Shown here piece by piece: positions 9,311 to 17,076 of a stretch of 32,350 bases of DNA (position 1 is the first letter of the stretch; the number at the start of each line of letters is the position of its first letter). The stretch comes from Lachnospiraceae bacterium. Its GTDB lineage: Bacteria; Bacillota; Clostridia; Lachnospirales; Lachnospiraceae. The translations under genes and the position numbers were made by a program. A model generated the notes under the pieces. It saw only the letters and a program-made list of their open reading frames with translations, did not search any database and had not been told where the DNA came from. Where the stretch lies: the NCBI GenBank assembly GCA_017463035.1, contig JAFTPY010000287.1, positions 1-32,350 on the forward strand, read 5' to 3'.

Positions 9311-11878
9311 GTGAAAAAGTTAGCTAAATTACTGTTGTTCCTTCTTTTTGCCGGTGTACTTTCCGCTTGTAATGCAGAGGAAGTCGAGGAAGAAATCGAG
9401 GTTCGTTACTACAATGCAGCGGATTATGAAGGAATGGAATTTAAAATGGAGAGCGATGACCTGCTCTTCGAGTTAGACAAGGATACGACGCAGTTTACCG
9501 TGAAGCAGAAGTCTACCGGTAAGGTTTGGTATTCCAACCCGGCGGAAGCGGCTTCCGATCCGATTGCGGATGCATCCAGTAAGCGTTTGTTACAGTCTAT
9601 TTTGGCAATTGAGTATTCTAATGTAAACGAGTTGCTGGTGAATCTGAATACCTTTGAGCACAGTGCAAATATCGAGCATGCGGGCGGAATGGGTATTTAT
9701 ACTCTTGAGCAGCCGGATGCCAACACCATTAAGGTGAATTACACCATCGGTAAGGTCGCTAGAACCTTTATTATCCCGCCGTCCGTGCCGGATGCGCGTT
9801 TTATGGAGTGGTATGATAAGCTGGACAGAAGCATCCAGAAAAAGCTGGACAGAGTTTATCGTAAGATTGATATCAACAATTTGTTGGCAACGGATGATAA
9901 GAGTGAGCTTTTGGCGAAGTATCCGGACTTAGAGACGACCTGTGTATGGGAGATTCGTACTTCTGCTAAGGATCATCAGAAGGAAGAGTTGCAGGAAGCA
10001 TTTGCAGCAATCGGATATACCAAGGAAGAGTACGAGAAGGATTTAGAGTACTATTCGTTGTCCGACGACAATGAAAAGCCGCTTTACAATATTTCCGTCG
10101 TATATCGTTTGGATGGGGATAAGTTAACTGTTGAGGTTCCGTTTGATGAAATCGAGTACAAGAAGGATTATCCGATTACCGATTTGACCCTTCTTCCGTA
10201 CTTCGGAGCAGGCAGTGCAACGGAAGAAGGCTTCTTGTTTGTTCCGGAAGGTTCCGGTGCAATCATCAACTTCAATAACGGTAAGACCAATCTTTCCGCA
10301 TACTATGCACAGCTCTACGGTTGGGATTACGGCTTAAAGCGTGACGTAGTCATTAATGAGACGAGAGCGGCGTTCCCGGTATTCGGTATTTCCCATGCCG
10401 ACGGTGCTATGCTGGGTATTGTAGATGAGTACAGTACACTTGCAACCATTCAGGCAGACGTTGCCGGAAGAAGACATAGCTACAATTTCGCATATGCGAG
10501 TTATGAAATGGTTCACGGCAGTAAGATGGACGTTTCCGCAAAGAGTGACCAGTCCATTATTTCTTACGAAAAGAAATTACCGGAAGGTGCAATCAGTCAG
10601 AGCTATCTTTTCTTAGACGGTGAGCACAATACATATACCGATATGGCGAAAGCCTACAGAGAAGATTTACTGGCAAAGTATCCGGAGCTTCAGAAGAGCG
10701 AGAATGCAAATGCTCCGATTTCCGTAGAAGTGATTGCGGCAATCGACAGAGTAAAGCAGGTTCTCGGTATGCCGGTAACACTTCCGGAAGTATTAACCGA
10801 TTTTGAGGATGCTAAGGCATTGATTACCGATATGGCAGCAGAAGGATATTCGAATTTGTCCCTGCGTTATGTGGGTTGGATGAACGGCGGTATTAACCAC
10901 TCCCTTCCGAAGGATATCGACATCACCAGCGGAATGGGCGGTAAGAAGGGCTTGACGGATTTAGTTTCCGCTACCGACAGTCTCGGCGTAGATTTATATC
11001 TCACCGGACGCACCCAGAATGTATATGACAGCGGCTTGATGGACGGATTTATGAAGTCCCGCGATGTTGCGAAGTACATCAGCCGTGAAGTGGTTGATAT
11101 TCCGGAGTTCTCCAAGATTTGGTTCTCTGATATTAATGAAAGCCGTTTGGAGCATCACTTCCTGCTCAGACCGAGCGTATGCGTCACCTTAATGCAGAGC
11201 ATTGCGGATTATGCAAAGGAATCCGGCGCAGGCGTAGGCTATGAAGACACCGGTTATTTATTAAGCGGTGACTACAATCAGAAGAGAAGCACTACCAGAG
11301 AAGCATCCATGGATATGCAGACCGCAAAGCTTGCCGAGGTGAAGGCAGCAGGAACCAAGGTTGCAATGACCGGCGGTAACGAGTATGTGCTTCCGTACGC
11401 AGACTTGTTAACCCAGGTTGATTTGTACGGTAAGGATAACCTGATTTTCGATGAAAAGGTTCCGTTCTACGAAATCGCAATTCACGGTCTGGTAGATTAC
11501 ACCGGAAATGCGGTAAACTTAAGCGGCGACGCATGGAATACCGTATTGAAGGCAGCAGAGACCGGTGCGGGCCTTACGTTTACCTTCTATTCCGAGCCGG
11601 CCAGCCTGATGCAGGGTACCGAGTACATGGATTACTTCGGTGCGAACTATGACGGCTGGAAGGATAAGGCAAAGGAATACGCAACCCGTTATGAGAAGGA
11701 AATGGCAGGTTTAAACAACCAGTTCATTACCGAGCATCGTATCCTTGCGGACGGTGTTACCGCAACGGTTTATGAGGATAATACGGTTGTATATGTAAAT
11801 ACCACGGTATTTGAGTATACGGATGAGAACGTAACGATTCCGGCTAGAGAGTATCTGGTAGAAAGGAGTGAGAAGTAA
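9311..11878 (+). CDS. 855-aa lipoprotein of unknown function (possibly the DUF5696 family)
   Basis: GTG start with an AAGGAGG SD. The lipobox is LLFAGVLSAC. There is no recognisable catalytic motif. I recall proteins of this size and context being annotated DUF5696; this is unverified. Confidence 0.7.
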   Translation: MKKLAKLLLFLLFAGVLSACNAEEVEEEIEVRYYNAADYEGMEFKMESDDLLFELDKDTTQFTVKQKSTGKVWYSNPAEAASDPIADASSKRLLQSILAIEYSNVNELLVNLNTFEHSANIEHAGGMGIYTLEQPDANTIKVNYTIGKVARTFIIPPSVPDARFMEWYDKLDRSIQKKLDRVYRKIDINNLLATDDKSELLAKYPDLETTCVWEIRTSAKDHQKEELQEAFAAIGYTKEEYEKDLEYYSLSDDNEKPLYNISVVYRLDGDKLTVEVPFDEIEYKKDYPITDLTLLPYFGAGSATEEGFLFVPEGSGAIINFNNGKTNLSAYYAQLYGWDYGLKRDVVINETRAAFPVFGISHADGAMLGIVDEYSTLATIQADVAGRRHSYNFAYASYEMVHGSKMDVSAKSDQSIISYEKKLPEGAISQSYLFLDGEHNTYTDMAKAYREDLLAKYPELQKSENANAPISVEVIAAIDRVKQVLGMPVTLPEVLTDFEDAKALITDMAAEGYSNLSLRYVGWMNGGINHSLPKDIDITSGMGGKKGLTDLVSATDSLGVDLYLTGRTQNVYDSGLMDGFMKSRDVAKYISREVVDIPEFSKIWFSDINESRLEHHFLLRPSVCVTLMQSIADYAKESGAGVGYEDTGYLLSGDYNQKRSTTREASMDMQTAKLAEVKAAGTKVAMTGGNEYVLPYADLLTQVDLYGKDNLIFDEKVPFYEIAIHGLVDYTGNAVNLSGDAWNTVLKAAETGAGLTFTFYSEPASLMQGTEYMDYFGANYDGWKDKAKEYATRYEKEMAGLNNQFITEHRILADGVTATVYEDNTVVYVNTTVFEYTDENVTIPAREYLVERSEK

Positions 11879-12811
11879 GTGGCGAAACATAAGAAGCAAA
11901 GAAATTTGCGCAGACGAAACGCAATTACGGGGTATTTCTTCATCTCTCCGTTTATCATCGGCTTTCTGGTATTTCTTTTAAAACCGATGATTGAATCCTT
12001 CCGTATGAGTTTCTGTAACGTATTGATTGCAGCAGGTCAGCAGGAAGGCGGTAAAGGTTTCATTTTGGAGCCGATTAAGACTTGGAAAGACTCCAACTAT
12101 TACAGAGCCTTTTTATATGACCCATACTTTAAGGATCGTTTGGTTGACTCTTTAAAGGAGATGGCAATTCAGGTTCCGGCAATTCTTGTGTTCAGTTTCT
12201 TTATTGCATTAATTCTGAACCAGGAATTCAAGGGCAGAGGCTTCGTAAGAGCTATCTTCTTCCTGCCGGTAATTCTTTCCTCCGGTGTTATTGTAGGTCT
12301 TGAGTACAACAACTCTTTGATGTCCGGTATGCAGGATGTCATTAAGGAGGCAGGTAACGGTATTAACATTACCGCAACATTGGAGACAATTTTAAAAACA
12401 ACCGGTCTGGGAGGTAAAATCCTGGACCCGGTATTTAAAATAATCGAAGCGGTATATGATGTGGCGCTGGCGTCCGGTATTCAGATTGTTATCTTTATTT
12501 CCGGCTTACAGACAGTGTCCACCAGTATGTACGAAGCAGCTAAGATTGAGGGCTGTACGGCATGGGAGAGTTTCTGGAAGATTACGTTCCCTCTTGTAAG
12601 TTCCATGATACTCGTAAATTTAGTTTACACTACGGTTGACTTCCTTATGAGAACAGATAATCAAGCCATGGTTTCGATTACCGAAAAGGTTAACCCGCAG
12701 ATGGAATATGGTCTCAGTGCCGCAATGGCATGGAGTTATTTCGGAATTGTTGCGGCAGTGCTCGGTATTCTGACCGCCATCATTTCAAAGAAGGTGTACT
12801 ATTATGAGTAA
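11879..12811 (+). CDS. Carbohydrate ABC transporter permease (MalF type), second system
   Basis: The GTG start directly abuts the upstream stop (TAAGTG). The N-terminus ITGYFFISPFIIGFLVFLLKPM is typical, and the EAA loop is YEAAKIEGCTAWESFWKITFPLV. Confidence 0.85.
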   Translation: MAKHKKQRNLRRRNAITGYFFISPFIIGFLVFLLKPMIESFRMSFCNVLIAAGQQEGGKGFILEPIKTWKDSNYYRAFLYDPYFKDRLVDSLKEMAIQVPAILVFSFFIALILNQEFKGRGFVRAIFFLPVILSSGVIVGLEYNNSLMSGMQDVIKEAGNGINITATLETILKTTGLGGKILDPVFKIIEAVYDVALASGIQIVIFISGLQTVSTSMYEAAKIEGCTAWESFWKITFPLVSSMILVNLVYTTVDFLMRTDNQAMVSITEKVNPQMEYGLSAAMAWSYFGIVAAVLGILTAIISKKVYYYE

Positions 12812-13805
12812 AAAAGTGAAAATTGCAAAGAGACATGATTTTTGGGAGAGAAACAGAAAGACGAACGGATATCTTCTTCAGAAGAAAATCGGTGATGTTG
12901 CATTCCGTTTCGTTCGCGCAGTGCTACTGTTCGGCCTGTGTTTCCTGATTCTCCAGCCGATTTTAAACAAGGTTTCCGTCAGCTTTATGGAGGAAGCCAA
13001 CTTATACGATGCAACGGTAATTAATATTCCGCGTGATTGGACGTTAGTTAACTATAGAATGGTACACGAGTTAATCAACTACTGGAAGTGCTTGTTCAAT
13101 TCCGTGTGGGTATCCTTTGTAGTTGCATTTTTACAGGTGGCTGCTGCTACCTTGGTAGGTTACGGTTTTGCAAGATTTAAGTTTCCGCTCAAGAACTTCT
13201 GGTTCGGTTGCGTTATTTTGTTAATCATTGTACCGCCGCAGACCATCATGAGCCCGTTGTACTTAAACTTCCGTTACTTTGATATTTTCGGTATTTTCAC
13301 GGCTATCTTCGGTGAGCCGCTGAACTTACAGAAGACCATGGCACCGTATCTTATGATGTGTGCTACCTGTATGGGTCTTAAGAGCGGTTTGTACATCTTT
13401 ATGCTTCGTCAGTATTTCCGCGGTGTACCGAAGGAATTAGAGGAAGCGGCATATGTAGACGGTTGCGGTAACTTCCAGACTTTCTTACGGATTATGCTTC
13501 CGGATGCAAAGTCCATGATCGTATCCTGTTTCCTGTTTGCATATGTATGGCAGTGGACCGACTCCTTCTATTCCAAGATGTTCCTCGGTAACATGGAACT
13601 CTTGCCGAAGGGACTCAACTCCATTGCAGGACGTATCGATAACTTTGTTAAGACAAACGGATACGGTACGAAGGCCAGCCAGGGTCTGTTAAATCAGATG
13701 ATTTCTACGGGTACTTTGATGGCAATTATTCCGCTTTTGATCCTTTATCTGTTCGCTCAGAAGGCATTTGTGGAGAGTTTAAGCCAGACCGGTATAAAAA
13801 TGTAA
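12804..13805 (+). CDS. Carbohydrate ABC transporter permease (MalG type), second system
   Basis: 8-nt overlap with the previous gene. The EAA loop is LEEAAYVDGCGNFQTFLRIMLPDAK in a multi-TM protein. Confidence 0.85.
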   Translation: MSKKVKIAKRHDFWERNRKTNGYLLQKKIGDVAFRFVRAVLLFGLCFLILQPILNKVSVSFMEEANLYDATVINIPRDWTLVNYRMVHELINYWKCLFNSVWVSFVVAFLQVAAATLVGYGFARFKFPLKNFWFGCVILLIIVPPQTIMSPLYLNFRYFDIFGIFTAIFGEPLNLQKTMAPYLMMCATCMGLKSGLYIFMLRQYFRGVPKELEEAAYVDGCGNFQTFLRIMLPDAKSMIVSCFLFAYVWQWTDSFYSKMFLGNMELLPKGLNSIAGRIDNFVKTNGYGTKASQGLLNQMISTGTLMAIIPLLILYLFAQKAFVESLSQTGIKM

Positions 13806-13858
13806 CAAAAAAATTCAAAAATCCAAAAAAAAAGCTAGCATTTTGTTACAAAATGCGG

Positions 13859-13864
13859 TATAAT
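13859..13864 (+). promoter_or_regulatory. Candidate internal -10 element (TATAAT) ahead of the second SBP gene
   Basis: A perfect TATAAT sits in the 173-bp A-rich gap after the permease gene. There is no good -35 hexamer. Confidence 0.3.
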
Positions 13865-13978
13865 GTCATTGGAAGTAATTCGATAGTGGCGCAGATGCGT
13901 TTGCTATAGAAAAGAGGAGCGACGATTTGATCGTCAGATGGGACGCCAAACCCAAAAATTAAAAGGAGGAATTTTGGT

Positions 13979-15421
13979 ATGAGAATTAAGAAGTATGCTG
14001 CAGCTTTCCTTGCTGCAACGACCGTTCTTGGTAGCCTTGCTGCTTGTGGCAACGGCGAGACCCCGGCAGTTGTTGATCCGACTGCTACCCCGAGTGCAGG
14101 AGAGGAGAAGCCGGGAGATGATAAGCCGACCGCTACCCCGACTCCGGCTACGACCCCGATCCCGGACAGAGATCTCGGTGGTATGGAAATTATCATCGGT
14201 GACCACTGGTCTCCGGAAGTTCCGGCTGATCCGACCAATGCTCAGGAAGAAGCTACCGCAAAGTATCGTCAGGAAATCTTCGAAAAGTACAACTTCAAGA
14301 TGCAGTCTAAGACTGTAGCTGGTTGGGGCGAGATGACCGACCTTTGTGTAAACTCCATCACTGCTGGTGAGCCGGCTGCTCAGTTGTTCGAGCTTGACTA
14401 CAGATTCGTAGCTAAGCCGATGCAGAACGGTCTTTTCTATGACCTTGCTACTCTTGATGAGCTTGACTTCTCCGAGGATAAGTGGAGCGTAGCAGTTAAG
14501 GATCTTATGACCAAGGGCGACAGCATCTACGGTATGAGAGCAGCTAAGTCTGAGCCGCGTGGTGGCTTGATTTGGAACAAGAGACTCTTCGAAGAGGCTG
14601 GTCTTGATCCGGATCTTCCGTATGACTTACAGGCAAGCGGCGACTGGACCTGGTCCAAGTTCGACGAGCTTTGTGCTAAGTTAACCCGCGATACCAACAA
14701 CGACGGTGTTACCGATATTTACGCTACCGTTTCTCAGGGCGCAGCAACCATGGGTTGTTTAGTTGCTTCTACCGGTGAGGACTACTTCGGTAAGGATGAG
14801 AACGGTAACCTTACCAATAACATGGGCTCCAAGGCAGTTCTTGATGCACTCAACTTCTGCGTAGAGCTTTACAACAAGGGTTACGAGATGCCGACGCCGG
14901 AAGGCGCTAACTGGGACTGGTTCTATGCAGCATTCCAGGAAGGTAAGGCAGCTATGACCTTCAACGAAGAGTATACCTGTCAGCCGGGCCAGACCTACGG
15001 TGACGCTATGGAAGATCCGGTTGGTTTCGTAATGCCGCCGAAGCCGGACGGACAGGAAGGTTATCATTCCTATGTATGTGATAACATCACCATCATCCCG
15101 TCCTGCTACGATGCAGAGACCGCTGGTAACATTGCATTCGCATACAATGTATACACCATGGCTACTCCGGGTTATGATGACCCGAACGACTGGAAGGAGA
15201 CCTACTACTCTCACTTCAACGATGAGAGAGCAGTTGATGAGACCATCGTTATGTTCAACGACGGCGTAAGCGCTCACTTCCTCAACCAGACCCTTATTTC
15301 TACCGACCTTGGTCCGGACCTTCTTTGGGTATATCCGTTCGCAAACGTTACCCCGGCTGACCAGGTTGCAGCAATCAAGGATTCTTGGGATGCAATCGTT
15401 GCTGAGGCAAATGGACAGTAA
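13979..15421 (+). CDS. ABC transporter extracellular solute-binding lipoprotein (family 1, sugar)
   Basis: The lipobox is VLGSLAACGNG. A Pro/Thr-rich linker (TPSAGEEKPGDDKPTATPTPATTPIP) precedes the SBP-like body. A strong AAAGGAGG SD is present. Confidence 0.9.
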   Translation: MRIKKYAAAFLAATTVLGSLAACGNGETPAVVDPTATPSAGEEKPGDDKPTATPTPATTPIPDRDLGGMEIIIGDHWSPEVPADPTNAQEEATAKYRQEIFEKYNFKMQSKTVAGWGEMTDLCVNSITAGEPAAQLFELDYRFVAKPMQNGLFYDLATLDELDFSEDKWSVAVKDLMTKGDSIYGMRAAKSEPRGGLIWNKRLFEEAGLDPDLPYDLQASGDWTWSKFDELCAKLTRDTNNDGVTDIYATVSQGAATMGCLVASTGEDYFGKDENGNLTNNMGSKAVLDALNFCVELYNKGYEMPTPEGANWDWFYAAFQEGKAAMTFNEEYTCQPGQTYGDAMEDPVGFVMPPKPDGQEGYHSYVCDNITIIPSCYDAETAGNIAFAYNVYTMATPGYDDPNDWKETYYSHFNDERAVDETIVMFNDGVSAHFLNQTLISTDLGPDLLWVYPFANVTPADQVAAIKDSWDAIVAEANGQ

Positions 15422-15442
15422 TTTATTTTAACATAGGTTTTT

Positions 15443-15473
15443 ACATAAGGGGTGGCTTGCCTGCCCCTTATGT
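15443..15473 (+). promoter_or_regulatory. Intercistronic stem-loop (10-bp stem, 11-nt loop) without a T-run
   Basis: ACATAAGGGG (15443-15452) pairs perfectly with CCCCTTATGT (15464-15473). It lies 22 nt after the SBP stop. It may stabilise the transcript 3' end or act as a partial terminator. Confidence 0.4.
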
Positions 15474-15517
15474 GTTACCTAAAAACAGGTGGGAGAGATT
15501 GGAAAGGAGTGTTGTGT

Positions 15518-16903
15518 ATGAGAAAAGGAAAAATAATCGGTTTGTTAGCGCTTGCTGCGACATTTCTTTTTGCGGGATGTTCCGGTTCTGTTGAAATCGG
15601 ACCGGTACCTACGATTACCCCAAGACCGACGGTAACGCCTGCACCGACACCGACTCCGGTGGTTATAGTGCAAGAAGGGACTGACGACAAAGTTGAAGAA
15701 GTCAGTGTATATGAGACAAAGAAATTTAAAGAATATTATGAAAAAGAAAATAAGCTTCCACAGTTAAAACTCGCCTATAAAGACCTGTTTTCCGTGGGCA
15801 TGGATGTTTTATTGATAGATGTTATGGATGAGAAGCGGGCTGCTATCATCAAGGAGCAGTTTGACACCATCGGCATTAAGCAGGATTTTATGCCGGAAAC
15901 TATTATGGATTATGAGACCGCGAAGGTAGCCGAGGACAAGACCCATATCCCGCTTATGTTTTCTTCGGCAGATGTGATTTTAAAGTTTGCGCAGGAGAAT
16001 AACATTGCGGTTCGAGGACCGCGTTTGATTATTGAAGAGACTCCGGCTTGGGCTTTCTCCAAGGATCTTGACCGGAATCAGGTGGTTGAGACTACGGATG
16101 CGGAGGGCAATGTTACAACTACGGTTGAATATGCGGACGCAGAAGTTATGACGATGCGTTTAGAGAATTATATTAAGGACATTATTACTTACTGTAATAC
16201 CAACTATCCGGGAGTGGTAATCTCCTGGGAAATCCTGGACAATCCGATTAATGCCGCAGAGTCCAGCGAAACAAAGTATCGTTCGAATTACTGGTTGAAG
16301 ACAATCGGGGATGATTATATTGTAAAAGCCTGCGAGTTTGCGAGAAAGTATGCAACGGCAGATCAGAAGCTGATTGTGTCTCAGGATGCATTAGACGAGA
16401 CGAAGACGTTGACACCGTCGGTTACTTTGTTTAATCTTTTGAAGGACAAAGGGCTGATTGACGGTATCGGTATCCAGTCGCATTACAGCCCGACCAGTCC
16501 GACGGTCTTTCTTATGGAGGACATGGTTAAGGCGCTGCATGGTACCGGATTGGAGCTTCATTTCACAGAGTTTAACGTGGATTCCAACGAAGGTAATCGC
16601 GGAGACCTGGACAAGACCGTAGAGGAACGTTTAGCCAGAGGGGTCAAGCGTAATAAGGCTTTGATGACGAATATTATGAATTACGAGTTAAAGAAGAATT
16701 ATGACATTACAAGCATTACGCTTGAGTCCTTGACAAATGATAATGCGAACCTGAATCAGGCCAAGGAGTACATTGACCATCTCACCTTGGAAGTGAAGTA
16801 CGGTGTTCAGCTCGAAAGTTATCCGAGTATCTTTGATGCGGATTTGAATGTATCGGAGGTTTTCTTCGCTATCATCGGAGATGCTACGATAAAGGGATAT
16901 TAA
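15518..16903 (+). CDS. GH10-like (xylanase-fold) lipoprotein with non-canonical active-site motifs
   Basis: I chose the ATG at 15518 (MRKGKIIGLLALAATFLFAGCSGS, lipobox) because GGAAAGGAG lies upstream. GH10-like motifs are DGIGIQSHY and LHFTEFNVD (compare ITELD). The WDVVNE block reads WEILDN. Confidence 0.7.
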   Translation: MRKGKIIGLLALAATFLFAGCSGSVEIGPVPTITPRPTVTPAPTPTPVVIVQEGTDDKVEEVSVYETKKFKEYYEKENKLPQLKLAYKDLFSVGMDVLLIDVMDEKRAAIIKEQFDTIGIKQDFMPETIMDYETAKVAEDKTHIPLMFSSADVILKFAQENNIAVRGPRLIIEETPAWAFSKDLDRNQVVETTDAEGNVTTTVEYADAEVMTMRLENYIKDIITYCNTNYPGVVISWEILDNPINAAESSETKYRSNYWLKTIGDDYIVKACEFARKYATADQKLIVSQDALDETKTLTPSVTLFNLLKDKGLIDGIGIQSHYSPTSPTVFLMEDMVKALHGTGLELHFTEFNVDSNEGNRGDLDKTVEERLARGVKRNKALMTNIMNYELKKNYDITSITLESLTNDNANLNQAKEYIDHLTLEVKYGVQLESYPSIFDADLNVSEVFFAIIGDATIKGY

Positions 16904-16932
16904 TGAACAGAATAGTAATAAGATAAGGATGT

Positions 16933-16981
16933 CGGGGCTGAATTTTGAAATATTCATTTTCAGAGTTCAGTCCCGGCTTTT
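16933..16981 (+). terminator. Candidate rho-independent terminator after the GH10-like gene
   Basis: CGGGGCTGAA pairs with TTCAGTCCCG (10 bp including one G-U pair). The stem is followed by GC and TTTT. Confidence 0.45.
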
Positions 16982-17076
16982 ACGTAAGAGAGTGTACAGA
17001 TGATAGATAGAATCATTGGAAAGGAAAGTTAAATCTAAAATTAATTTTGAAAAAGATGACGGAAAGGGGTACAAAA

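Noticed and set aside
13846-14318. ORFs (130 aa -, 90 aa -, 107 aa +) overlapping the start of the second SBP gene
   Set aside because: They are alternative-frame and antisense readings of the Pro/Thr/Ala-rich linker region. The + frame starting at 13979 has a strong SD, a lipobox and a full SBP body.
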